From assembly GCA_047947115.1 (NCBI GenBank), contig CP170459.1, positions 1,568,001-1,632,000 of the forward strand: 64,000 nt of DNA, written 5' to 3'. Position 1 is the first letter of the stretch. Each line of letters starts with the position of its first letter. The position numbers were made by a program, and so were the translations under genes. The notes under the pieces were generated by a model. It was not told the DNA's origin. It searched no databases and saw only the letters and a list, made by a program, of their open reading frames with translations. This document shows, piece by piece, positions 40,989-50,110 of this stretch. Source of the DNA: Verrucomicrobiota bacterium. Lineage in GTDB: Bacteria > Verrucomicrobiota > Verrucomicrobiia > Limisphaerales > AAA164-E04.

Positions 40989-41498
40989 TTACTGCCCCTT
41001 CAATTGGTTGATGGCAAAGACGACCGCTCCGATCAGGATGACAATGGCGACGGCGCCGATCAGAATGAAGATCTTGTTTACCTTATTGCTTTTCTTGGCA
41101 AAGGTCTTGTCATCTTTGGAAACACCTTTGGAACCTTGTTCCAGATCGTTCAGTTTAACGCCGCCTTGAGGCAGTGTTACGGTCTTGGTTGCGACCGCGC
41201 TGGAACCACCTTCATCGCCCGCAAATCGCAGTTCGATGGAACCCAGTCGAAGCACTTGGCCCTTGGTCAGAGTCCCTTCGGTGATTTTTTTATCATCGAT
41301 GAATGTTCCATTGGTCGATCCGAGATCTTTCACCTGAACGGCGTCACCCTTGAGTGACAGCTCGCAGTGATGACTCGACACCGAGCCCTCAGGGATTTGA
41401 AAAGAATTATCTTCCGAACGGCCAATAATGATTTTGTCCGCCTTCAATTCCACTGTTTTCCCCGTAAATCCTTCGCTTATAACGACAAGTTTGGCCAT
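40989..41498 (-). CDS. FHA-domain membrane protein
   Basis: IIGRSEDN, SVSSHH, DLGSTNGTF FHA motifs; single C-terminal TM helix; ATG 41498. Confidence 0.88.
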   Translation of the reverse strand: MAKLVVISEGFTGKTVELKADKIIIGRSEDNSFQIPEGSVSSHHCELSLKGDAVQVKDLGSTNGTFIDDKKITEGTLTKGQVLRLGSIELRFAGDEGGSSAVATKTVTLPQGGVKLNDLEQGSKGVSKDDKTFAKKSNKVNKIFILIGAVAIVILIGAVVFAINQLKGQ

Positions 41499-41577
41499 AT
41501 CGGTGTGGTTAACGCAGTTATTATCCTGAGGAAATGACACAAGTCAAACCGTTTTCTGGTTTATCTATTCTTTAACG

Positions 41578-42744
41578 TTAGCTTCCCTGGGTGCCGATCA
41601 AGTCTCTAAATCTTTGAAACAACGGCGTTGAATCATGTGGCCCCGGTGAAGCTTCCGGGTGATATTGAACGCTGAACATGGGCTTGGTGCGGTGCCGCAA
41701 CCCTTCCACAGTCTGGTCGTTCAGGTTAATGCGATCCACTTCCACATCAGTGGATAGCGTATCAGAATCCAATGCGAATCCATGGTTCTGGGAGGTGATT
41801 TCCACCACCCCTGTATCCAGGTCCTTGACGGGTTGGTTTCCGCCTCTGTGTCCAAATTTCATTTTGAACGTCTTGCCGCCCATGGCCTGCCCAAGGATCT
41901 GGTGTCCCAGGCAGATGCCAAACATCGGGTAACCGTGATCCATCAAGTCCTTGACCGTCTGAACTGCGTATCCCACTGCCGAAGGATCTCCCGGGCCGTT
42001 GGATAAAAACACACCCTGCGGATTAAGGGCTTTGACTTGGTCGGCGGTTGCGTTGGCTGGTAAAACGTGCACACGAAATCCGTGTTGTCGCAGCCGTCGA
42101 AGAATGTTGTATTTCATCCCGAAGTCCAGCGCGACAATGTTCAAGTCTGCCTCAGGCAGGGGGTGAAAGGATTTTCTTGGATCCGATTGTTCCAGCCCTT
42201 GAATCAGGCGGAAATCGCGACTCAGTTCGTCCTTCTCATCCCATATGAAGGGCTCGGGGTGGGTGACTTCCTTGACATAATCCACACCCAGTAACCCTTC
42301 CCAGCTCTTCGCTTTTGCGATCGCGTCCTCATCGGAAATTTCTTCGGTCGACAAAAAGCCGTTCATCGATCCCTCCACACGCAAGCGTTTGGTCAAAGCC
42401 CGAGTGTCGATGCCCTGAATGCCGGGGATACCGTTTTCTTTGAGATAGGTGTCCAAGTCGGTATCGGCACGCCAGTTGCTCACAACTGGCGACAGCTCGC
42501 GGACAACAAATCCGGACAGGTGGGGCTTATAGGACTCCACATCGGCGGTGTTTACACCGTAGTTTCCGATGAGGGGGTAGGTCATGGTCACGATCTGGGC
42601 TTTGTAGGAAGGATCCGTCAAAATCTCCTGGTAGCCGGTCATCGATGTGTTGAAGCATACCTCGCCGCAAAGTGATGTTTTGGCGCCAAATGCTTTTCCT
42701 CGGAAAATTGTTCCGTCCTGTAATGTTAAAACCGCATCCATCAT
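41578..42744 (-). CDS. carA: Carbamoyl-phosphate synthase small subunit
   Basis: GEVCFNTSMTGYQE, LSNGPGDP, FGICLGHQ, SVQYHPEASPGPHD. Confidence 0.97.
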   Translation of the reverse strand: MMDAVLTLQDGTIFRGKAFGAKTSLCGEVCFNTSMTGYQEILTDPSYKAQIVTMTYPLIGNYGVNTADVESYKPHLSGFVVRELSPVVSNWRADTDLDTYLKENGIPGIQGIDTRALTKRLRVEGSMNGFLSTEEISDEDAIAKAKSWEGLLGVDYVKEVTHPEPFIWDEKDELSRDFRLIQGLEQSDPRKSFHPLPEADLNIVALDFGMKYNILRRLRQHGFRVHVLPANATADQVKALNPQGVFLSNGPGDPSAVGYAVQTVKDLMDHGYPMFGICLGHQILGQAMGGKTFKMKFGHRGGNQPVKDLDTGVVEITSQNHGFALDSDTLSTDVEVDRINLNDQTVEGLRHRTKPMFSVQYHPEASPGPHDSTPLFQRFRDLIGTQGS

Positions 42745-42924
42745 TCAAATATCCGAGGCCTCATGCTAGAATGCCCGATTGCTGGGTCAAGTTATAATAT
42801 CCAGACAACCCCTATCGCCACGCGATTCTTGGGAATATGACAACTTGATTCGACCTTTTGCTCAATAAAAAGTGACCCGGTTCTCGGATTGCCAAATGGT
42901 TCCCGTTCGGGCAGCATGAAGTCC

Positions 42925-43920
42925 ATGAAACGCGTCGTGATAACGGATTACCTGGAACCGCCTGCAAGCATCGAAACGCAAGTGCTCGAAGGTGTGGCCA
43001 ATGTGGAATGTCTTCTTGCCAAAAATACTCAGGAATTGATGGGGGAACTGACGGATGCAGATGGCATCATTCTTTGTCACGAGGTTTCCATTACCCGGGA
43101 AGTTGTTGAGGAATTACATCAGTGCAAGGCGGTTGTAAGATGTGGGGTTGGGTTTGACAACATTGACCGCAAGGCAGCCGGTGAGCGTGGTATTTATGTG
43201 TGCAATGTTCCCGATTACGGTGTGGATGAAGTGGCGGATCACGCCATAGCCATGGCATTGGCATGTAATCGAGGTTTGATCAAAGCCGAACGAACCCTGC
43301 GAAAGGGCTTGCAGCCTTGGGATATGCGATCCATTCAACCTATTTTCCGCGTTGCCGGTGCGACCATGGGAATCATTGGCCTGGGTCGTATTGGGGGCGC
43401 GACTGCGTTGCGTGCAAAAGGATTGCGGATGAATGTTCAGGCTTATGATCCTTACGTGCGGGCTGGAACTGACAAGTTGTTGGGGGTTCCTTTGGTTGGG
43501 CTTGAAGAACTGCTTAAAACCAGTGACATCGTCTCAGTGCATACTCCTTTGACCGAGGAAACCCGAAAACTGATCGATGCTTCCGCCTTGTCCCTCATGA
43601 AATCCACCGCTATCCTGGTCAATACGGCACGCGGAGCTGTGGTGGACACCGACGCTTTGGCTGCGGCGCTCAAAGAAGGGCAGATCGCAGGAGCCGGAAT
43701 CGACGTGCTGCCCGATGAACCCGCCACCTCTGATATGCCCCTGATTCAACTGTGGCAGCAAGACCGGCAACCCCCGGTCAATCTGATGATCACCCCTCAC
43801 ACAGCTTTCTATTCTGATGCCGGCTTGGTGGAAATGCGCGAGAAGGCGGCCCAGGAAATCCGGCGTGTCCTGTCCGGGGAGATGCCCAAGAACTGCGTCA
43901 ATAGAGAATTCCTTCAGTAA
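42925..43920 (+). CDS. D-isomer-specific 2-hydroxyacid dehydrogenase (CtBP-like)
   Basis: GVGFDNID, NVPDYG, GIIGLGRIG, NTARG, TPHTAFYS; start 42925 or 42916. Confidence 0.88.
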   Translation: MKRVVITDYLEPPASIETQVLEGVANVECLLAKNTQELMGELTDADGIILCHEVSITREVVEELHQCKAVVRCGVGFDNIDRKAAGERGIYVCNVPDYGVDEVADHAIAMALACNRGLIKAERTLRKGLQPWDMRSIQPIFRVAGATMGIIGLGRIGGATALRAKGLRMNVQAYDPYVRAGTDKLLGVPLVGLEELLKTSDIVSVHTPLTEETRKLIDASALSLMKSTAILVNTARGAVVDTDALAAALKEGQIAGAGIDVLPDEPATSDMPLIQLWQQDRQPPVNLMITPHTAFYSDAGLVEMREKAAQEIRRVLSGEMPKNCVNREFLQ

Positions 43921-43929
43921 GATGGATTT

Positions 43930-44694
43930 TCAACCTTCCTTCTCGGTGGTGGTACTATTTTGGTAGGTGGAAAGATGAGGCGGTACCAAGTCCTGACGCT
44001 CCAGAAGGGACAGGGCTTGGGTTAACACATCTCGTTGCCCTGCTGGGTCCAGAGGCTTCCCTAGTGCAAACCCATGCGGGAAAGGAACGAGGAGCCCCCG
44101 GGGTGGGCCAACCTTGATGGCGACATCTTTCAGAAACTGGAGAACGACGGTGGTAATCCCTCGTTGTTCCAGGGCTGCTGCTGCCAGACTCACGGTCTGG
44201 TTACACATGGGTCAGACCGGCACCAACAGCACAGCGTCCACACCATCGTCCGCCAGGGCCTCGGAGAATTCCGGCGCTGATCGGGAGGTAAACCGTCCGG
44301 GAGCTGTGATGGATCCCATGAAGGAAAGAAGACGATGATTCAACGCACCAATCCTGCCTTCCGCTTCAAAGGTTCTGAAGTGGTCCAGTGGAAATCCCAG
44401 GTTAGGATCCTGTTCCAGACCGGAATGGTCAAAGGATTGGGAACGATGGGTTTCGATCAGGCTGCCCACATCGCTATCAGTGGGTATCCATCGATAAGAG
44501 GGGTCTCCGCCTTTGACATGGTCATCAAAAGGTTCTTGGTTGGGGAGCACAAAGCCAGCGCTGGAGGCCAAGGCGAACCGGCACTCTGAAAGAGGTTTTT
44601 GCAAAGGGCTCCAAGGGGTTGGGTTGATTTTTCTCCAGGGATAAGCCTTGAGAAAAAGTCGCACACTGAGGGAAAGTTCGCTGGTTTTTGCCAT
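43930..44694 (-). CDS. GrdB/PrdB-family reductase selenoprotein with in-frame UGA (Sec) at 44212-44214
   Basis: ORF-track ORFs 44212..44694 and 43930..44208 are in one frame: ...DAVLLVPV-TGA-PMCNQTVSLAA...; N-terminal half has GrdB-family-like motifs (KPLSECRFALASSAG, GDPSYR.IP, FDH...DPN..FPLD); SECIS-like hairpin follows UGA. Confidence 0.85.
44184..44200 (-). promoter_or_regulatory. Putative bacterial SECIS element
   Basis: mRNA: UGA-CCCAUGUGUAA-CCAGAC-CGUGA-GUCUGG; perfect 6-bp stem, loop begins after 17 nt from UGA with G at loop position 2. Confidence 0.65.
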
Positions 44695-44846
44695 TTTTAG
44701 GAGTTGTAACGTCTTCGATCCATGATAATCTGGATCTCCGCCATTGGTAAGGCAAAGGAAATTTTCACGAAAATTCCTTTACAGGTCGGCCGCGCACACT
44801 ACACTGCGCTGCTTGTTATTTTAGAGGCATTTGCCAAAGAAGTTGT

Positions 44847-45104
44847 ATGGAAGCAAAATCAAAGACAATCGAAACCTATCGTAGACACGACAAGGACACA
44901 GGTTCCGCAGACGTTCAGGTAGCTATTTTGACCAAGAAAATCCTCTCGTTGACCGAGCATTTGAAGATCAACAAGAAAGATTTCAGCAGCCGACGCGGTT
45001 TGCTGATGATGGTCTCCAAACGCCGTCGTTTGCTGGATTACATTAATCGCACCGACCATAAGCGTTATGTTGCACTGACTCAGTCACTTAACCTGCGTCG
45101 CTAA
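44847..45104 (+). CDS. rpsO: 30S ribosomal protein S15
   Basis: DTGSADVQVAILT, HLKINKKDFSSRRGLLMMVSKRRRLLDY. Confidence 0.97.
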   Translation: MEAKSKTIETYRRHDKDTGSADVQVAILTKKILSLTEHLKINKKDFSSRRGLLMMVSKRRRLLDYINRTDHKRYVALTQSLNLRR

Positions 45105-45152
45105 GCGCAAGCACTCCGGCCGGACTTCACGGCTGGCGGTTACCATTTTAAT

Positions 45153-45339
45153 TGTGTCGACAGGCAGGGAAATATATACCTGCCTGTCCTGATTTGTGGA
45201 AGGGGCGTGCACGAATCAGGTTATGGCACACAGTCACGCTCCGGAAACACCGAAACCAGACCCGTTGGACCAGGGAAATTTCTTTCAGGAGCCGACATTT
45301 TTCTGTGGATGTTGAAAGAAGTTCCTCAGGGCCAACGGG
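45153..45339 (+). promoter_or_regulatory. Structured rpsO-pnp intergenic leader RNA
   Basis: Hairpins 45159-45188 and 45189-45219 closed by 45153-45158/45225-45230, plus a long irregular stem 45261-45339. Confidence 0.55.
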
Positions 45340-45387
45340 CATCAATGAAATGACAGCGTCATGATGGCGTTGGATTTTCCTATTGTT

Positions 45388-47562
45388 ATGTCTGAAAAAA
45401 CTACGATCAAAGTCGGGGACAAGGAAATCATCCTTGAAACCGGAAAAATGGCCCGTCAAGCAGATGGAGCCGTCACCGTCCAAATGGGCGAAACAATCAT
45501 TCTTGTTGCAGCTGTGGCTGCTTCCGAAGCGCGAGAAGGTCAGGACTTTTTCCCGCTCACCGTTGATTACAGAGAAAAGGCATCCGCAGCCGGTAAATTT
45601 CCCGGCGGTTACTTCAAGCGAGAAGGACGCCCAAGCGAAAAAGAAATCCTCACTTGCCGTCTGACCGACCGCCCCATCCGGCCTCTGTTTCCAAAAGGCT
45701 GGTTCAACGAAGTTCAGGTTCAAACGCTCCTGCTCAGTGCCGACGGCGAAAATGACCCGGACATCATGAGCATCTTGGGAGCATCGGTTGCTCTGACTGT
45801 CAGTGATATCCCATGGGCCGGGCCTCTTGGTGCCGTGCGTGTGGGGCGTATTGATGGTGAGTTCGTCGCCAACCCAACACATACCGAGCGCGAAGAGAGC
45901 GATCTGGACCTGATCTACGTGGGCAATAAAACCGATGTCGTGATGTATGAAGGCAGCGCCAACGAAATCACTGAAGAGGATTTCATGGCTGCTCTTCGAT
46001 TTGGCCAGGAAGCCTGTCAGCCCATGATTGAGGCACAGGAAAAATGGCGCGCAGCCATCGGCAAACCCAAGCGTGAAGTCGTCACGCTGCAAGTGCCCGA
46101 CGAAATCACCGCTGAAGCTCGCAGCCTGATCGCCGACAAAGTCATTCCCACCTTGCTGATCGAATCCAAGAAAGAGCGGGAAGCAGGATGGAATGCCGTC
46201 AAATCTGAAGCCGGTGCAAAGCTGAAGGAAAAATTCGGTGAAGACGCCGTTAGCGGACAGATGCTTGGTGAGATTTTCTACAAAATCCAGAAAGAAGCCG
46301 TTCGCAAGTTAATTCTGGACGATTCCAAGCGCTTGGACGGCCGAGGATTCTCCGACCTGCGCCCCATTAATTCCGAAGTAGGCCTTTTGCCTCGTGCACA
46401 CGGCTCCGCACTCTTTACTCGAGGAGAAACCCAGGCATTGACTTCCGTTACGCTGGGAACTTTGGACGACTCTCAGACTTTCGATGCCTATGCCGGTGGT
46501 GAAACCGAGAAGCAATTCCTGTTGCACTATAACTTCCCGAATTTCTCAGTTGGCGAAACCGGTCGTATTTCCGGCCCTGGTCGCCGCGAAATCGGACATG
46601 GAGCATTGGCCGAACGTTCCATCACCCCGATGTTCCCGTTTGAATCGTTTCCTTATGCCGTTCGCATCGTCAGTGAGATCATGGAATCCAACGGTTCCTC
46701 CTCCATGGCGACTGTTTGCGGAGGTTCTCTGGCATTGATGGATGCGGGTGTGCCGTTGAAGGCCCCTGTCGCCGGTATCAGTATCGGGATCTGCACGGAA
46801 ACGGATGACGATGACAACATTGATCGCTATCAAGTTCTGACCGACATCATCGGTTGGGAAGACGCCTTTTGCGACATGGACTGCAAAATCGCGGGCACTT
46901 CCAATGGAATCACTGGATTCCAGCTGGATTTGAAACTCAAGGGATTGCCCTTGGGAATTATGGAAGAAGCCCTCCAGGCATCCAAGGAAGCTCGTAAGGA
47001 TATTCTTGAGCAGATGGCCGCAACGATTGCCGAGCCTCGCAAGGAATTTAGCAAGTATGCGCCTCGCATCACCACCATCCGTATCAACCCCGACAAGATC
47101 GGCGCTCTGATCGGACCTGGCGGCAAAAACATCAAACGCATCGTTGAAGAATCCGGATGTGAGATCAACATCGAGGACGATGGTTCGGTCAAGGTTTACT
47201 CCGTCTCTGAAGAAGGGCTCAATATTGCCATGCAGGAAATCGACGGGATCACCGCTGAAATCGAAGTGGGCAAGACCTATCGGGGCAAAGTTGTTTCCAT
47301 CAAGGAATTTGGTTGTTTTGTGGAAGTCCTCCCCGGACAGGATGGGCTGTGTCACATCAGTGAACTGGCCAATTTCCGAGTCAAACGCACCGAAGACATC
47401 GTTCAGATGGGCGATGAAATCTGGGTCAAGGTCATCGGTATTGACGACAAAGGACGCGTCAAGCTTTCCCGCAAAGTCGCCATGGAAGAACGCGACAAGC
47501 TGATGGAAGAAAAAGAGTCGGGTGATGCCGGTTCTGAAGATGCATCCGGCGAAGAAGAATGA
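45388..47562 (+). CDS. pnp: Polyribonucleotide nucleotidyltransferase (PNPase)
   Basis: DFFPLTVDYREK, PGGYFKREGRP, RREIGHGALAER, SNGSSSMA, KH (IGPGGKNI) and S1 domains. Confidence 0.98.
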   Translation: MSEKTTIKVGDKEIILETGKMARQADGAVTVQMGETIILVAAVAASEAREGQDFFPLTVDYREKASAAGKFPGGYFKREGRPSEKEILTCRLTDRPIRPLFPKGWFNEVQVQTLLLSADGENDPDIMSILGASVALTVSDIPWAGPLGAVRVGRIDGEFVANPTHTEREESDLDLIYVGNKTDVVMYEGSANEITEEDFMAALRFGQEACQPMIEAQEKWRAAIGKPKREVVTLQVPDEITAEARSLIADKVIPTLLIESKKEREAGWNAVKSEAGAKLKEKFGEDAVSGQMLGEIFYKIQKEAVRKLILDDSKRLDGRGFSDLRPINSEVGLLPRAHGSALFTRGETQALTSVTLGTLDDSQTFDAYAGGETEKQFLLHYNFPNFSVGETGRISGPGRREIGHGALAERSITPMFPFESFPYAVRIVSEIMESNGSSSMATVCGGSLALMDAGVPLKAPVAGISIGICTETDDDDNIDRYQVLTDIIGWEDAFCDMDCKIAGTSNGITGFQLDLKLKGLPLGIMEEALQASKEARKDILEQMAATIAEPRKEFSKYAPRITTIRINPDKIGALIGPGGKNIKRIVEESGCEINIEDDGSVKVYSVSEEGLNIAMQEIDGITAEIEVGKTYRGKVVSIKEFGCFVEVLPGQDGLCHISELANFRVKRTEDIVQMGDEIWVKVIGIDDKGRVKLSRKVAMEERDKLMEEKESGDAGSEDASGEEE

Positions 47563-47605
47563 TTTCACTTGGGTGCCTGAAAGCGCCCAAGCTTTGAATT
47601 AAAAC

Positions 47606-47633
47606 AAAAAGGCGGACGTTTTGTCCGCCTTTT
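47606..47633 (+). terminator. Rho-independent terminator
   Basis: AAAAAGGCGGAC-GTTTT-GTCCGCCTTTT. Confidence 0.85.
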
Positions 47634-47751
47634 ATTTGTAATAATTGGAATTCAAGATCGCTGCCGATTTGAGTTTTAACCACAATGGGGATGGAAGGGC
47701 GAGAGTCAGAGATGGTAACTCGGCTTGCGCTATCGGTTTCTGGATTGTTAA

Positions 47752-49125
47752 ATGAAGAACGTGCAACAACAACAAACACTCAGCGAAATGGTCGAATTTG
47801 CAGGCACCGGCTTGCATAGTGGCAACAAGGTGACCGCAAAATTCCTGCCAGCGCCTGCCAACACAGGGATTGTGTTTCGCCGGGTGGATCTGGAAGGTAA
47901 GCCCGAGATTGAGGCCCGCGTGGACAACGTAAGCGACACAACCCGCTCCACCACCTTGTCCAAAGGCAACATCAAATTGCACACGGTCGAGCATATCCTG
48001 TCCACTTTCTCCGGTATGGGCGTGGACAATGCCATCGTTGAACTGGATGCCAATGAACCTCCGATAGGTGACGGTAGTGCCCGGGATTTTTGCGAAGCGG
48101 TGCGCAAGGCTGGATTATCCCTTCAAGCGGAAAACCGCGAGCCGCTCAAGATCACCGAACCCATGGGGGTTCAGGTAGGGGATTCCATACTGTCTGTTTT
48201 CCCATACGACGGGTTCAAAATCAGTTGCACGAGCTCGGATGCCAAAGGCCAGTTTACCCAGTATTACTCCACCGAAATCGATCCCGAGACATGGGAGGTT
48301 GAAATCTCCAAAGCTCGCACCTTTTGTTTTTACGAAGAAATCGAGTTCCTCATCAAAAACGGACTTATCAAAGGAGGCAGCCTGGAAAATGCGGTCATCA
48401 TTCGTGATGACGTGGTGTTGACCAATGAGCCCCTTCGATATCCGGATGAATTCGTGCGGCACAAGATTCTGGATATCATAGGTGATCTCTATTTGATCGG
48501 GCGGCCCGTCCAGGCGCACATCATTGCCATACGGCCCAGCCATAAGATCAACTGTGAACTTGCGCGACAGTTCGCTGCGATCGCCAACAAACCCAAAGTG
48601 CCCACCCAAACCTTTGCACCGCCTGCAGAGGAATCGAAATCCAAGGCTATGGTTGAACCGGAAAAGGAATTGCCACCTCCCATTCCGCAGGATGCCACAT
48701 CGTTGGACGTGAACATGGTCATGAAGATCCTGCCCCATCGTTATCCTTTCCTGATGGTGGATCGAGTGACAAAAATCGATGGGAATAAAATCCAGGCGAT
48801 CAAAAACGTTTCGATCAATGAGCCCTTCTTCGAAGGTCATTTTCCAGGACACCCCATCATGCCGGGCGTGCTTCAGCTTGAAGCCATTGCCCAGGTGGCG
48901 GGTATCTTAACGCTCAACAATCCCGAGAACTGGGGCAAGATCGCATACTTCCTGGCAGCAGATACCGTCAAATGGCGCAAACCTGTGTTACCAGGTGACA
49001 CTTTGGTGATCGATGTGGAGGTCATGAAAAGCAGGGGGAAAATCGGCAAGGCCAAAGGAGTTTGTTCGGTCAACGGCAACACCGTGAGCGAGGCTGTGGT
49101 GACCTTTATGATGGCCAAAGCGTGA
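47752..49125 (+). CDS. lpxC-fabZ: Bifunctional UDP-3-O-acyl-GlcNAc deacetylase / 3-hydroxyacyl-ACP dehydratase
   Basis: GTGLHSG, TVEH, RHKILD (LpxC) fused through a linker to LPHRYPFLMVD, FEGHFPGHPIMPGVL (FabZ). Confidence 0.95.
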   Translation: MKNVQQQQTLSEMVEFAGTGLHSGNKVTAKFLPAPANTGIVFRRVDLEGKPEIEARVDNVSDTTRSTTLSKGNIKLHTVEHILSTFSGMGVDNAIVELDANEPPIGDGSARDFCEAVRKAGLSLQAENREPLKITEPMGVQVGDSILSVFPYDGFKISCTSSDAKGQFTQYYSTEIDPETWEVEISKARTFCFYEEIEFLIKNGLIKGGSLENAVIIRDDVVLTNEPLRYPDEFVRHKILDIIGDLYLIGRPVQAHIIAIRPSHKINCELARQFAAIANKPKVPTQTFAPPAEESKSKAMVEPEKELPPPIPQDATSLDVNMVMKILPHRYPFLMVDRVTKIDGNKIQAIKNVSINEPFFEGHFPGHPIMPGVLQLEAIAQVAGILTLNNPENWGKIAYFLAADTVKWRKPVLPGDTLVIDVEVMKSRGKIGKAKGVCSVNGNTVSEAVVTFMMAKA

Positions 49126-49146
49126 GGCGGCGGATTACTCATCGTC

Positions 49147-49911
49147 ATGATACATCCTACTGCCATTATTCATCCTTCTGCGGAAATTGGTCCTGATTGC
49201 GAGATCGGTCCATTTTGTGTGATCGGAGAAAACGTTCGGTTGGGACGCGGCAATCGCCTGCATTCCCATGTGGTGATTGATGGATTCACCTCGCTTGGCG
49301 AAGAAAACGAAATCTTCCCCTTTGCCGCTATTGGAACCCGCACTCAGGATTTGAAGTGGAAGGGAGGGGTGACGCACACCGAGATCGGCAACCGCAACAC
49401 GATCCGCGAAAACGTCACCATCCACAGCGCCACGAGTGATGGAGATAAAACCGTGATCGGTTCCAATAACCACCTTCTTGCTTACGTGCACATCGCACAT
49501 GACGTGCAGTTGGGGAATCACATCATCATGTCCAATGTAGCCACCTTGGCTGGCCACATCGTGGTTGAGGATCACGTCGTGATCGGAGGCCTGGGGGCGG
49601 TGCATCAGTTCTGTCGAATCGGGCGTTATGCCATTATCGGCGGTTGTTCCAAGGTGGTTCAGGATGTGCCTCCGTTCATGCTGGCCGATGGAAATCCAGC
49701 CCGTAGCCGCACGGTCAACAAAGTCGGACTCGAGCGCAACGGATTTTCCGATGAGGTCCAGCAGTCTCTCAAAAAAGCCTACAAGATCCTCTTCAGATCC
49801 GGTTTGACCACAAAAAATGCAGTGGACCAAATCGAAAAGGAACTGCCTGACAATGCCGAAATTCAACATCTGGTTGAGTTCATGAGGGCCAGTCAGCGTG
49901 GAGTGGCTTAG
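49147..49911 (+). CDS. lpxA: UDP-N-acetylglucosamine acyltransferase
   Basis: IHPTAII hexapeptide repeats, HIAHD, VHQFCRIG, QDVPPF. Confidence 0.96.
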   Translation: MIHPTAIIHPSAEIGPDCEIGPFCVIGENVRLGRGNRLHSHVVIDGFTSLGEENEIFPFAAIGTRTQDLKWKGGVTHTEIGNRNTIRENVTIHSATSDGDKTVIGSNNHLLAYVHIAHDVQLGNHIIMSNVATLAGHIVVEDHVVIGGLGAVHQFCRIGRYAIIGGCSKVVQDVPPFMLADGNPARSRTVNKVGLERNGFSDEVQQSLKKAYKILFRSGLTTKNAVDQIEKELPDNAEIQHLVEFMRASQRGVA

Positions 49912-50110
49912 CCTGAAATTCCTTGAGAGCTCGAATTGATCTGATGCTGGATCTCGAGGGGCTTGGAAATTGGAAAATATTGCAGGCCAATAAATTTTCT
50001 TGATAGCGAATGTAATTGGCGTAACTTCGTACTCAATTCCCGAAATTCAAATGGTTCCCGCTTTAGGGAGAAATCGGGTTTGTTTCCAATTACATCGTAA
50101 TCTTTAAATC

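Noticed and set aside
43930..44208. Separate 92-aa gene or nonsense pseudogene
   Set aside because: Better explained as the C-terminal part of a UGA-recoded selenoprotein (same frame, UxxC, SECIS-like hairpin)
47752..49125. LpxC-FabZ fusion as a novelty
   Set aside because: Known fusion, for example in Bacteroidota
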